This document shows, piece after piece, positions 27,085-36,683 of a stretch of 64,000 nt of DNA. Origin of the DNA: an uncultured Candidatus Saccharibacteria bacterium. Its GTDB lineage: Bacteria > Patescibacteriota > JAUYIX01 > CAYNWW01. The DNA is taken from assembly GCA_964401055.1 (NCBI GenBank), contig CAYNWW010000002.1, forward strand, positions 39,935-103,934, given 5' to 3'. The notes under the pieces were generated by a model. That model ran no database searches and was not told the origin of the DNA. It worked only from the letters and a program-made list of their open reading frames with translations. The translations under genes were made by a program, and so were the position numbers. Position 1 is the stretch's first letter. Each line of letters begins with the position of its first letter.

Positions 27085-27595
27085 CGCCTCCTTTTGCGAT
27101 ATCGATTATCTCTATTTCAACCTCTCTACCTGCAATTTTACCGATAATTACCTCACCCTTTCGCTTGCCCATAATTAAGGATGCTAAAGGCGTATTGTAG
27201 GCAATCATGTTCATTGTCGAATCAGACTCTCCAAATCCAACAATATTCCACTCTACTTCCATGCCATCACGGACTATCTTAACGCGAGTTCCAATAGAAA
27301 CTTGATCAAATCTTGTCGGTGGATCAACAATTATTGCTTGGTTTAGGCAATCGTGCGCATCATTCAGTCTCTTGTCTATCCCTCGAAGATCAATAACTAA
27401 GTGCTCATAGGAGGCATTGTCGTGCCACTGGTCACCGCCAACCTCTGCCACATACGCGCTTTGTGATTGCAGATCACGCAATTTTTTTTCAAGATTAGCG
27501 ATCTGCGTTCGCAATTTTTCCAATCCTTTCCTTGTAAAGTAGTACTTAGTACTCACCGCTTCCTCCTTGATTAACCGCGAGTTGTCAATGAACAA
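27062..27595 (-). CDS. greA: Transcription elongation factor GreA/GreB family
   Basis: The coiled-coil N-terminus (KGLEKLRTQIANLEKKLRDLQ..VAEVGGDQWHDNASYEH) and the FKBP-like C-terminus (VSIGTRVKIV..IVGFGESD..ISYNTPLASLIMGKRKGEVI) match Gre factors. Confidence 0.7.
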   Translation of the reverse strand: MFIDNSRLIKEEAVSTKYYFTRKGLEKLRTQIANLEKKLRDLQSQSAYVAEVGGDQWHDNASYEHLVIDLRGIDKRLNDAHDCLNQAIIVDPPTRFDQVSIGTRVKIVRDGMEVEWNIVGFGESDSTMNMIAYNTPLASLIMGKRKGEVIIGKIAGREVEIEIIDIAKGGDGDVCSS

Positions 27596-27841
27596 GCAAA
27601 TTCAGTTCGCTAAATTTGCCCTAGAAACAATAGCAAAAGAACAACTTTCGCGCAATAGCAACACACGACCAAAATGCTCTATGATTCAGTCGCGACAGCA
27701 ATCATCTATGAAGCGATTTCAGCAAAAGAATAAGCCGTAGCAACCGAGCCCCAAGCTCGGTTCTCTTTGACCGTCCCGTTACTCTTGATTTATTCGCGCG
27801 GGCATGATATCCTGTTTCTATTCAGCAAATTAACCTCGCTT

Positions 27842-28117
27842 ATGAAGCAAAAGATTCACCCAAAGTATTTTGACGCTGCAACTGTGACCTGCGCGTGCGG
27901 CAACACGTTTGTGACCGGTTCTACTGTGGAAAAAATCCAAGTTGAAATCTGCTCCAACTGCCACCCGTTCTACACCGGCAAACAAAAAATCATCGATACG
28001 CAAGGACGCGTTGATCGATTTCAGAAAATGCTTGCCAAGAAAAACGACGACAAAGCAAAAGTTGCCGCAGCTCGCAAAGCTCGTGCCGAAGCAAAAAAAG
28101 CCGGCGCAAGCAAATAG
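27842..28117 (+). CDS. rpmE: 50S ribosomal protein L31 with a Lys/Ala-rich C-terminal tail (the ORF begins at 27767; the start at MKQKIHPKY is preferred).
   Basis: The sequence [62 protein letters not shown] matches the L31 consensus, including the CxxC...CxxC zinc ribbon. Confidence 0.85.
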   Translation: MKQKIHPKYFDAATVTCACGNTFVTGSTVEKIQVEICSNCHPFYTGKQKIIDTQGRVDRFQKMLAKKNDDKAKVAAARKARAEAKKAGASK

Positions 28118-28133
28118 CGACACGCGTGAATTC

Positions 28134-28168
28134 CAAAAGAGGTTGATTTTCCCAACCTCTTTTGTTTT
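28134..28168 (+). terminator. Rho-independent terminator after rpmE
   Basis: The sequence aaagaggttg-attttccc-aacctcttt followed by tgtttt forms a 9-bp stem plus a T-run. Confidence 0.6.
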
Positions 28169-28187
28169 GGTACAATAATCGCATTAT

Positions 28188-29288
28188 ATGCGCGAACAAT
28201 TAGATCACATCGAAAAACAATTTCACGAAATCGAAGCTCAGCTTGCTGATCCGACTCTTGTCGCGAACCAAAAAAAGTTTCGTGAACTCTCACAAGAACA
28301 TGCGCGTCTCGCACTAATTGTCGAAAAATATGCGGCCATGAAAAAGGCTGAATCCGACCTGGAGGCCGCAAAAACCATGCTCCAGACCGAGACTGACGCC
28401 GAAATGCGCACCCTTGCCGAACTCGAAGTCGCCCAACTCACCACCGACACCGAGCGCCTCACGCGCGAACTCGAAGTCGCCCTCTTGCCCAAAGACCCCA
28501 ACGACATGCGCGACATCATCCTGGAAATTCGCGGCGGCGCGGGTGGCGATGAAGCGGCGCTTTTTGCGGCCGATTTGTTTCGGATGTATTACCGCACAGC
28601 CGAGCTGCACCGGTTCAAGCTCGACATCGTCAGCTCCAACAAAACCGGCATCGGCGGCTACAAAGAAGTGATTTGCGAAATCAGCGGCACCGGCGTATAC
28701 GAATTGCTCAAATACGAAAGCGGCGTGCACCGCGTCCAGCGCGTCCCGGACACAGAAAAAAGCGGACGCATCCACACCTCCACCGCGACCGTGTCAATCC
28801 TACCGTTGGCCGAAGAAGTGGATATTGAAATTCGCCAAGAAGACTTGCGCATCGACGTCTACCGCGCATCCGGTGCCGGCGGCCAACACGTCAACAAAAC
28901 CGAATCCGCCGTCCGCATCACTCACTTGCCCACCGGCCTCGTGGTCGCGTGTCAGGACGAGCGTTCCCAGCTGAAAAATCGCGAAAAAGGCATGAAAGTG
29001 TTGCGCGCGCGGCTCTTGGCGCATCGGCAAGAAACGGCTGATCGCGCGCGCGCCGACACACGCCGCAGTCAAGTTGGCACCGGCGACCGCAGCGAAAAAA
29101 TTCGCACCTACAATTTCCCCCAAGACCGCGTCACTGACCACCGTATCAAACTCAGCGTTTCAGGCATTCATGAATTCCTTGAGGCGGGTCCACGCTTTGA
29201 AGAAATGATCACCGCGCTCCATCGCGAAGACGAGCGCCGCATGCTTGCCGCCCGCACTAAATCCGTGCTCGCGCAGCCAACCGCATGA
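28188..29288 (+). CDS. prfA: Peptide chain release factor 1
   Basis: It has the GGQ motif ([19 protein letters not shown]) and the RF1-type PxT tripeptide ([14 protein letters not shown]). Confidence 0.9.
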   Translation: MREQLDHIEKQFHEIEAQLADPTLVANQKKFRELSQEHARLALIVEKYAAMKKAESDLEAAKTMLQTETDAEMRTLAELEVAQLTTDTERLTRELEVALLPKDPNDMRDIILEIRGGAGGDEAALFAADLFRMYYRTAELHRFKLDIVSSNKTGIGGYKEVICEISGTGVYELLKYESGVHRVQRVPDTEKSGRIHTSTATVSILPLAEEVDIEIRQEDLRIDVYRASGAGGQHVNKTESAVRITHLPTGLVVACQDERSQLKNREKGMKVLRARLLAHRQETADRARADTRRSQVGTGDRSEKIRTYNFPQDRVTDHRIKLSVSGIHEFLEAGPRFEEMITALHREDERRMLAARTKSVLAQPTA

Positions 29289-30223
29289 CCATCGCCCAAG
29301 CGCTCGCCGAAGCCACCACTCGACTCACGCCCACTTCGGATTCACCTGCACTTGATGCGGAAATTCTTTTGGCATACGCGCTCAACTCCCACTCCACCAG
29401 CGACACCGCACCGCGCATCGACCGAGCGTTTTTGGCAGGGCATGCGCACGACGAGCTCACCCCGGCCGCACACACATATTTCACTACCCTCATCGAACGC
29501 CGCGCCGCGCACACGCCGGTGGCCTACCTCACCGGACACAAAGAATTTTACGGACTAGATCTCAAAGTCACGCAAGATACGCTCATTCCACGCCCCGAAA
29601 CCGAACTTTTGGTCGAACAAGCCCTTCATTATATTCAAGAACAAACAAACAAAAACCCCTCCGCTCATATCCATATTGCCGACGTCGGCACCGGCTCGGG
29701 CTGCATCGCCATCGCCATTGCCACACATCTTCCACGCACACAACAATCCACCGTCCACATCGACGCACTCGACCAATCTGCAGCCGCGCTCGCCGTAGCA
29801 CAGCTCAATATCACCGAGCATCGCCTCAACCATCTCATCACAACCGCGCAGAGCGATCTCTTGAGCGCACTCCCGTATCCGCAACTGCCCAATCTAATCT
29901 GCGCCAATCTTCCTTATGTTTCCTCACAAGAATACAATAAGCTTGCGCCCGATCTCACACACGAACCTCGCAGCGCCCTTGTTTCCGAAGGCGATCCCGA
30001 CGGTCTCGCACACTACGCGCGCCTTTTCGACCAAGTCACCTCACGACTCGCAAACGCCAATTCGCTCACCCAAGCCGTCATTATCTTGTGCGAAATCAGC
30101 CCGCAGCAACATACTGCCTCAATAACAAAAGCAAGCGCACGTTTTCCGCACGCTCGCATCGTTGCGCACACTGACCTCGCAGGTCTTCGACGCTGCCTTG
30201 AAATTACCCTACAACCGAAGTAG
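29285..30223 (+). CDS. prmC: Release-factor glutamine N5-methyltransferase (HemK/PrmC)
   Basis: The SAM-binding segment is [13 protein letters not shown] and the N/D-PPY-type substrate motif appears as NLPYVS. Its start overlaps the prfA stop by 4 nt, and its position immediately downstream of prfA is the conserved one. Confidence 0.8.
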   Translation: MTIAQALAEATTRLTPTSDSPALDAEILLAYALNSHSTSDTAPRIDRAFLAGHAHDELTPAAHTYFTTLIERRAAHTPVAYLTGHKEFYGLDLKVTQDTLIPRPETELLVEQALHYIQEQTNKNPSAHIHIADVGTGSGCIAIAIATHLPRTQQSTVHIDALDQSAAALAVAQLNITEHRLNHLITTAQSDLLSALPYPQLPNLICANLPYVSSQEYNKLAPDLTHEPRSALVSEGDPDGLAHYARLFDQVTSRLANANSLTQAVIILCEISPQQHTASITKASARFPHARIVAHTDLAGLRRCLEITLQPK

Positions 30224-30839
30224 ATGAAGGTGGGTTTGGCGCAAGGGCTCGATACACCAATACCTGCGCGATCGAAGTAACCGGCATGGCAACGAGTAAG
30301 CCAACGCCAAGCGCAAGTGCACCGACAAATGTAACCAGCAATACTACCAAACCGAATGCCAATAGCTGCCAAAGCACAGGGGCAGTTGCATTCCAGCTCG
30401 CCGTCAAAGAATCTGTCACGCTAAGATGACGATCAACGAGAAAATACGGCCAAAGCGACAACCTCAACGCCAGATATATACCCGGAATGATAAAAAAGAA
30501 AAACCCCGTTATCACCGCGATTCCAAATATCACCGAGCCAAATATATACGAAAATAACTCCTGAGATCCTTCAAGAAGAGTACCAATCGCAACTGGCTTT
30601 CCATCAACTGTAGCAAGAACAAGTTTTAAAAACCCAACCGCAATAAACGCACTGGCTACATATCCAAGCACACTCAAGCTTACACTCACAAAAAAGCCTT
30701 CGCTTCCTATAAGACTACTTCGCAACGCGCCACCAATTCCACTTGCAATAAAACTAATTACGGCCGCACCAACAAATACTCCAACATGTGCTGAGAATAA
30801 CTCCCATGCTCGACGAAAATAAACAGATGAGGATTCCAT
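30204..30839 (-). CDS. Hypothetical polytopic membrane protein (211 aa)
   Basis: It has five to six hydrophobic helices; I recognise no motif. Confidence 0.4.
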   Translation of the reverse strand: MESSSVYFRRAWELFSAHVGVFVGAAVISFIASGIGGALRSSLIGSEGFFVSVSLSVLGYVASAFIAVGFLKLVLATVDGKPVAIGTLLEGSQELFSYIFGSVIFGIAVITGFFFFIIPGIYLALRLSLWPYFLVDRHLSVTDSLTASWNATAPVLWQLLAFGLVVLLVTFVGALALGVGLLVAMPVTSIAQVLVYRALAPNPPSSTSVVG

Positions 30840-30840
30840 G

Positions 30841-32289
30841 TTAATACGTTATTTTTTTATCCGGCGGAATCACTTCCACCCAGGTCGCACCTCGAGTAAA
30901 CACAATCTCGGCACCATCTTTATTGTAAAACCTCATACGCTCTCCACGCACCGGTTTTTTCCAGGTCCCTTCTTCGACAATTCCGTCATGAAACAGTAAT
31001 GCCGTCCCGCCAAGGGCGGTATCAAGCACAAGGCGTTTTTCATCAAGCGGCTTTGCCTTCACCTTTGCAACTGCCACATTTTTTGCCGTCAATTGTTGCC
31101 CGGTTGCTCGATCAGTATGCGATTGACCGCCGTTAAAGCGCTTATACTCGTTTTTCGCTTGATCATATGACCATTTTACTGCATAGCCCGAGGTTGAAAA
31201 ATCCAATCCGATTTCAGTTGCCTGTCGAAACAGTTCGTCACTTTTTACACTATCCGCGGTTGCTACGGTGTCTGATTTCATCTTTCCAATCCAAGATCCG
31301 GTATCATCTTTAAACTTCCAGGAATCAAATTTTGCCACCGAACCCACGCCTTTGTCACGACGCGCAACGTTCAACAAATCAGTCTTTGTGTACAGATTAT
31401 GCGGTGCGCGATCCTGCTTGTCTCGCCAAAAATACTTCCCGTCCGAAGTCAACGCATTAATATCGGTAAAATCATAATTCTTAATGGCACTCAATGCTGT
31501 TGGGCTTCCGCCTGCATGAATATAAAGTCCATGGAATTCTTCTGCCCAGTCAAGATAATAATTACGAGCACTACGAACCGGACCAATTTGATCCAAGGTC
31601 TTGCCTTGGAAAATTGCCAAAAATCGAGTAATTCCTCCCTCGGCAAGCGCCTCAAATACCACACTTGCCTTACTCAAGCCGGTTTGCGGTCGAATCGTGG
31701 ACAAATTTTCAATCATCACTTCGTATGGCACAGCCTGCGCAGTATTCTCGGATTGCATAATACCATCAGCAAGACCAGCAACCAGCTTTTGCTCCGGCAC
31801 AGTCACTTCCTCTTTTTTTGTCTCGTCTGACGCAATAGGTGCTGCTGTTCCGCCGATGCTCAAACTCGTAAAATAGAAATATACCGCCACTCCAATACCA
31901 ATAAGCAGCATAACAACCAACGCGGAAATTTCCATTTTTTCTTTTTTCGAAAGACCGGTCTTAATCTTCTCATCATCACCACGATCATCATCCATGTCCA
32001 TATCATCATCCATATCGTCTTCCGAATCAACACTCGCCTCTTGCTCTTTCAAGTGAGATTTTTTCTTTGCTTCTTTTTCCTCAGCGCGCGTCACCTTAAC
32101 CCTAATAGACTTTCCCGAACCAGGCTCCGCCGGAGGCTCGTCAAAAAAAGAATTTGGATCATTGACATCGATTTTCGGAAGCTCATCGAATTCAGTCAAA
32201 TCCTTTGATTCGTCGATTGTATTTTTTTTATCTTCATGACGAAGATCAACTACTTTTCCTTTTTTCTGAGATTGCTTTTTTGGTTTCAC
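30841..32289 (-). CDS. DUF3048-like (YerB-type) exported protein with a disordered charged N-terminal region and a TM anchor
   Basis: It has an acidic/basic low-complexity N-terminus (DMDDDMDMDDD), then a TM helix, then RPQTGLSKASVVFEALAEGGITRFLAIFQ...IGPVRSARNYY, which resembles the DUF3048 core. Confidence 0.45.
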   Translation of the reverse strand: MKPKKQSQKKGKVVDLRHEDKKNTIDESKDLTEFDELPKIDVNDPNSFFDEPPAEPGSGKSIRVKVTRAEEKEAKKKSHLKEQEASVDSEDDMDDDMDMDDDRGDDEKIKTGLSKKEKMEISALVVMLLIGIGVAVYFYFTSLSIGGTAAPIASDETKKEEVTVPEQKLVAGLADGIMQSENTAQAVPYEVMIENLSTIRPQTGLSKASVVFEALAEGGITRFLAIFQGKTLDQIGPVRSARNYYLDWAEEFHGLYIHAGGSPTALSAIKNYDFTDINALTSDGKYFWRDKQDRAPHNLYTKTDLLNVARRDKGVGSVAKFDSWKFKDDTGSWIGKMKSDTVATADSVKSDELFRQATEIGLDFSTSGYAVKWSYDQAKNEYKRFNGGQSHTDRATGQQLTAKNVAVAKVKAKPLDEKRLVLDTALGGTALLFHDGIVEEGTWKKPVRGERMRFYNKDGAEIVFTRGATWVEVIPPDKKITY

Positions 32290-32332
32290 GCGTGTTACTT
32301 AAAAATAACAATTTTAGTATATCACATTTGCA

Positions 32333-33013
32333 TTATGAGCAGAATCCATCGCCCCCAATATCACTCCCCACCAAAAACGACTCAACTTCCACGCCCTGAA
32401 AAACTCCGTCCTGATTACCATCCACAGACACGCGATTCTGCTTGACCGATCCAATGCTGCATCCAGTTCGAAAAAATTTCTCATTCTGCACAAATTGCGC
32501 AACGCCTTTTTGAGACAGCACGGCAACATCACCAGCCTTCTTGCTTAACAAAAGAAAAACCGTATTTGAATCAACAAACGCATTTCCACTTGTCACTCCG
32601 CGCACAAAAAATGCAACGTCTGCACCGGAAATAAATCGAGGAATGCTAAACTCATTCACCTTTCCAGATCCCCTTGCTTCGATTGCATTGCTAAGCAGCT
32701 CGGAAGATTGGATAGTTGCCCGGTCAGGGCTGGTAATCATATACACATTAAAACGATGAATCTGATTTTTCAAACCAGTCGTGAGCGGCTCGGTAAACCG
32801 CAACACAAACACATCAGGCGTACTCGTCACCAGCTGCAGATCTGAAATCTGAGTGGAGCCACGATCAGTACTCTGATACAAATCAGGCAATACGACTGAC
32901 GGCAAAAAGACAGTGGTAGTTGCCTTTTGCAGCTGGAGATATCCAGTTGCTCCAGCAAAAACGATGACCAGCACACCAATCACAAGATAATTATGAATTC
33001 GTTTTTGTTTCAT
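32333..33013 (-). CDS. Hypothetical secreted or membrane-anchored protein (226 aa)
   Basis: It has an N-terminal TM/signal segment (LVIGVLVIVFAGATGYL); I recognise no domain. Confidence 0.35.
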   Translation of the reverse strand: MKQKRIHNYLVIGVLVIVFAGATGYLQLQKATTTVFLPSVVLPDLYQSTDRGSTQISDLQLVTSTPDVFVLRFTEPLTTGLKNQIHRFNVYMITSPDRATIQSSELLSNAIEARGSGKVNEFSIPRFISGADVAFFVRGVTSGNAFVDSNTVFLLLSKKAGDVAVLSQKGVAQFVQNEKFFRTGCSIGSVKQNRVSVDGNQDGVFQGVEVESFLVGSDIGGDGFCS

Positions 33014-33022
33014 GCTCGTAAG

Positions 33023-33928
33023 TTAATCAAGTGCATATCCACATTGTGCACAAAATTTTGCCTCAAGAATATTTTTATTATGACAGAGCGGACAAGTATA
33101 AAGCAACGTCTCCACTTTTTTGGACTTTTCCTTGCTCACCACAAAATCAGGCGCCGGTTTCACGTCCAACTTTTTACTTGCAGGATCGAGCACAAACGTC
33201 TCCTTCGCGCGTGGATCACCGATGATATACACGAGCGCCACCAGCGCTGCTGCCACCAAAAACACCGTATAAAAACCCGTCTGCGTCAGCAGGAAAAAAT
33301 CAAACAACCCATGCAGCGCCAACGGAATCACGAATGCCTTCACCAACTGCGCCCGCCGCTTGAGCGTGCCAAATTTATATTTGAATAAAAAGTATCCCAT
33401 AATCGAGCCATACATCGCATGCCCAACTGACGAAATCAAAAATCGCAAAATAAATATCGTGAATAGTTGGTTAAAGTCTTGATTGCTAAATGATTGAAAG
33501 AGGTAGATTCCATTCTCCAACCCTGCAAATCCCATGCCAAACAGCGCGCCATATCGCACGCCATCGATCAAGCGAGTGAATTTACCCGAACGCTTCACAA
33601 TCAACCACAAAAAGACATACTTAGCGCCCTCTTCGACCAGCGCCACCAGCGCAAACGAAAGCACAAACAGCCGCACCACGTTACCCGCAAGCAGATCACA
33701 TGTGGTGAAATAGCACGAGGTCAAATCCTGCGGCAGATACTTAAACGCCACGTATTCCAGTCCGCCGGCAGGCGCCACTGCAAGCGCTCCAAGCGCAATC
33801 AGTGAAACCATGAATGCAGGAGAAAATTTTTCCTGCTCTTTTTTATAGTACGAAAACCAGAGCCAAAAAATAATCGGTGTAAACGCAAGATAGAGAGTGA
33901 AAAAAAGTATGGATGATTGTTGGGTCAT
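33023..33928 (-). CDS. PrsW-family intramembrane metalloprotease with a C-terminal zinc ribbon
   Basis: It has a multi-TM core with the EExxK motif (LVEEGAKYVFLW), a FxxxH/HxxxxG-like segment (SSVGHAMYGSIMGYF) and LHGLFDF. The C-terminal CPLCHN...CAQCGY is a zinc ribbon. Confidence 0.55.
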   Translation of the reverse strand: MTQQSSILFFTLYLAFTPIIFWLWFSYYKKEQEKFSPAFMVSLIALGALAVAPAGGLEYVAFKYLPQDLTSCYFTTCDLLAGNVVRLFVLSFALVALVEEGAKYVFLWLIVKRSGKFTRLIDGVRYGALFGMGFAGLENGIYLFQSFSNQDFNQLFTIFILRFLISSVGHAMYGSIMGYFLFKYKFGTLKRRAQLVKAFVIPLALHGLFDFFLLTQTGFYTVFLVAAALVALVYIIGDPRAKETFVLDPASKKLDVKPAPDFVVSKEKSKKVETLLYTCPLCHNKNILEAKFCAQCGYALD

Positions 33929-35094
33929 TGGTGAAGAAATAGTCCTGTGGCAATTGAAGGCTGGGTGCGCGAATCGGCGCCCGGTAAAATTCCTGTATAT
34001 TTTTGCGTTCCTGCAGGTGAAAATATCTTAAGACGCGATCCTGCAACCGTGAGTATTTCCGCCTTCCCATCCGTATTCGTGTCTGCCAAAGCAACTGCAG
34101 GCGCTCGCCCATCAATTAGTTCATCGTGACTAAAAAGAGTGATTTTTTTAAGAAGCGCATGAGGCGCCGCAGCCGCAAAAATCTGAAGCGTTGCGTTTCC
34201 GGATGAAATAGATTGAGGCATAACTCCAATATCGGCCAAGCCATCACCGTCGACATCACCAGCAGCCATCGTGATTCCCGAGCGATCATTCTCTGAGCCC
34301 GCAAAAAACTGACCCGACTTCATGACGGCACCTTGTCCAGATGCAGTGACAGTTTTTGTGTTAATATCAAACACGCGAATTTGTGGCCCGCCGCCAACTC
34401 CGGCACCCGTGATCGCCTCTGCGCGTCCATCACCATCGGTGTCTGCAAGCGCGATCGTAGCGCCCACTCTCACCTCGTCAAATGCCTTCCAATACGCAAG
34501 AATTGGTTTTGAAGTGCTGTATTTGTAGATTTTACAAAACGACTGATCACCCTCAGACGCCTGACAAACACCAATTTCCGCTCGCCCATCCCCATCCGTG
34601 TCACCCACTGCAAGAGAAAGCACGCCGCGGTAATTGGGATGAAACGGCGCGAATTGGATCGATTTTTGCGTGCCGTCTTTTGAAAAAACCTTGATATTTG
34701 GCCCAAATCCTTTGCCGGCAGCCACCACAATATCTTGCTGTCCATCACCATCCACATCGCCGACTGCAATAACTGCTCCGCCGGCAAATTTTTTGTCATA
34801 GGCGAAAAAATGTGACTGTGGACTATCTTTTGCGCCCTGTGTAGTCCACGATTGCACCAGAGCAGCTGCACCTTGTGATGGCACCGTGAAGATTGTATTT
34901 GCGGCCTGAACGGCACCGCGAGGTCCTCGTTTTTCGGGCACACTTGGCTGTCCGCTCCCAAGACCTATGACGCTTGTTCGTACGGATGCACTATTGAGAT
35001 AGACAGCGACCGCAAAAATTCCCACCACCAATACAAAAAAAAGTCCGGTGACAAGTGCTGCATTGCGTTTCTGGTGTTTGATTTTTACTCCCAT
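33925..35094 (-). CDS. FG-GAP repeat (beta-propeller) protein with an N-terminal TM anchor
   Basis: It has four or more repeats of GDVDGDGxxDIxV / ADTDGDGRAE type; its start overlaps the PrsW-like gene by 4 nt. Confidence 0.6.
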   Translation of the reverse strand: MGVKIKHQKRNAALVTGLFFVLVVGIFAVAVYLNSASVRTSVIGLGSGQPSVPEKRGPRGAVQAANTIFTVPSQGAAALVQSWTTQGAKDSPQSHFFAYDKKFAGGAVIAVGDVDGDGQQDIVVAAGKGFGPNIKVFSKDGTQKSIQFAPFHPNYRGVLSLAVGDTDGDGRAEIGVCQASEGDQSFCKIYKYSTSKPILAYWKAFDEVRVGATIALADTDGDGRAEAITGAGVGGGPQIRVFDINTKTVTASGQGAVMKSGQFFAGSENDRSGITMAAGDVDGDGLADIGVMPQSISSGNATLQIFAAAAPHALLKKITLFSHDELIDGRAPAVALADTNTDGKAEILTVAGSRLKIFSPAGTQKYTGILPGADSRTQPSIATGLFLHQ

Positions 35095-35167
35095 TTCGAT
35101 TCGTACGGTGAGGTTTTATTTCGTGTTGATATGCACATTATAACATGCTAGTATTGGAGCGTCAATT

Positions 35168-35410
35168 ATGAATACGCGCGAAATTTCAATCTATGCATTT
35201 GCTCTCCAACTCGCCGCCCGCATTGTGGTGCCATTGTTGGTGGGCGTTGCGGGCGGGCTCTGGCTTGACACCCGTCTCCACACTCGCCCATGGGCGCTCC
35301 TCATTTGTCTAGGGGCTGCCTTTTTCCTGACCATGATCAGTCTGTATCGCCAAGCCAAGCAAGCAATTGCCAACCTCCCTCCAGAAATTCGTCATCCACA
35401 GAAAAAATGA
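35168..35410 (+). CDS. AtpZ/AtpI-like small membrane protein preceding the atp operon
   Basis: It is 80 aa with two TM helices and sits immediately upstream of atpB, as atpI/atpZ genes do. Confidence 0.45.
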   Translation: MNTREISIYAFALQLAARIVVPLLVGVAGGLWLDTRLHTRPWALLICLGAAFFLTMISLYRQAKQAIANLPPEIRHPQKK

Positions 35411-35490
35411 CAGTCGGTTGACTGATCCCCACTCCTCCCGTATAATGAATGCCTAAGGACACAAGATGTAATCTCATTAGCTTGCTATCA

Positions 35491-35551
35491 GGCAGTTTCT
35501 ACTTATCCGAACTGCCTTGCCCAGGGGCTGTGAGGATAAGTAGAAACTGCC
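35491..35551 (+). promoter_or_regulatory. Perfect 18-bp inverted repeat (GGCAGTTTCTACTTATCC / GGATAAGTAGAAACTGCC) with a 25-nt loop, ending 4 nt before the atpB ATG.
   Basis: The arms are at 35491-35508 and 35534-35551; a TATAAT hexamer lies upstream at ~35441. Confidence 0.5.
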
Positions 35552-35555
35552 ATTT

Positions 35556-36326
35556 ATGCATATTTCACTTGCCGCCGAAGAACTGTTCCGAATAGGAGCT
35601 TTCCCGGTAACCAATTCAATACTTACAACATGGATCGTAACGCTGGGGCTAATAATTTTGGCTTTTTTTGGCACGCGCACTCTTCAAATGGTTCCTCAGG
35701 GTCTTCAAAATATTCTAGAATACACTATTGAATCCCTGCTGAAACTTTTTGAAAATATCCTTGGGGACAAACAACAGGCTCGCCAATTTTTCCCTTTACT
35801 TGCTACGTTATTCTTGTTTATTCTAAGCGCAAATTGGTTCGGCCTCCTTCCCGGGGTAGGATCCATCAGCGTTCATTCTCACGAGGGAATGGCGCCCGTC
35901 TTTCGACCAGCAAACGCTGATCTAAACACAACCCTAGCACTTGCAATCGTCACAATCGCATCAATTCAATTATTTGGCATCGCGGCCATTGGCTTCGGAA
36001 AATACGCAGGCAAATACCTTAATTTCAGCAGCCCAATCGAATTTTTTGTCGGCATACTTGAACTGATAGGTGAAGTATCGCGAATGATCTCATTTTCTTT
36101 TCGCTTGTTCGGCAACATCTTTGCAGGGGAAGTCTTGCTTACGGTAATTGCATTTTTGTTACCAGTAATTGCTCCGCTCCCCTTTTCTTTCCTTGAAATC
36201 TTCGTTGGATTTGTCCAAGCATTGGTGTTTACATTGCTTGCGACCGTGTTTTTGAAGATTGCGGTCACCCCGCATGAACACGAAGAACACGCGGAGCATG
36301 CGCCGAAACTAGCGCAAGATCATTAA
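35556..36326 (+). CDS. atpB: ATP synthase Fo subunit a
   Basis: The sequence LSANWFGLLPG ... RLFGNIFAGE matches the conserved a-subunit region, including the Arg that faces the c-ring. Confidence 0.9.
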   Translation: MHISLAAEELFRIGAFPVTNSILTTWIVTLGLIILAFFGTRTLQMVPQGLQNILEYTIESLLKLFENILGDKQQARQFFPLLATLFLFILSANWFGLLPGVGSISVHSHEGMAPVFRPANADLNTTLALAIVTIASIQLFGIAAIGFGKYAGKYLNFSSPIEFFVGILELIGEVSRMISFSFRLFGNIFAGEVLLTVIAFLLPVIAPLPFSFLEIFVGFVQALVFTLLATVFLKIAVTPHEHEEHAEHAPKLAQDH

Positions 36327-36352
36327 TTTTGTCTAATTATTAAATTATTCGT

Positions 36353-36580
36353 ATGGACGCAGAATCCCTCAAACTGCTTGCTCCGGCACTTGTCATCATG
36401 ATTGGCGGCGTAGCGCCGGCAATTGCGATCGGCACAATCGGCAAAGCAGCGATGAATGCGATCGGCCGAAATCCAGAAGCTGCATCAAAGGTGCAGACCG
36501 CTCTGATTTTGTCCGTTGCATTTGCGGAAGCAATCGCCATCTACGCACTCGTGGTGGCTCTCGTGTTGAAATTTGTCTAA
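36353..36580 (+). CDS. atpE: ATP synthase Fo subunit c
   Basis: The 75-aa hairpin GRNPEAASKVQTALILSVAFAEAIAIYALVVA carries the conserved carboxylate. Confidence 0.9.
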   Translation: MDAESLKLLAPALVIMIGGVAPAIAIGTIGKAAMNAIGRNPEAASKVQTALILSVAFAEAIAIYALVVALVLKFV

Positions 36581-36683
36581 TATTGGACAATTTCGTCTGA
36601 ATGATCTGCCACACGCAGGTCTTCAGAAGGAAGTCATGTCGGCGCGAGTCGACCTGGTTTCCTCCTGAAACGTAATAATTTGT

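Noticed and set aside
28238-30372. Numerous antisense and alternative-frame ORFs in the GC-rich prfA/prmC region (e.g. 28314..28775, 28800..29141, 29555..29884, 30013..30372)
   Set aside because: These are high-GC shadow ORFs overlapping well-supported prfA and prmC, and they carry no recognisable motifs.
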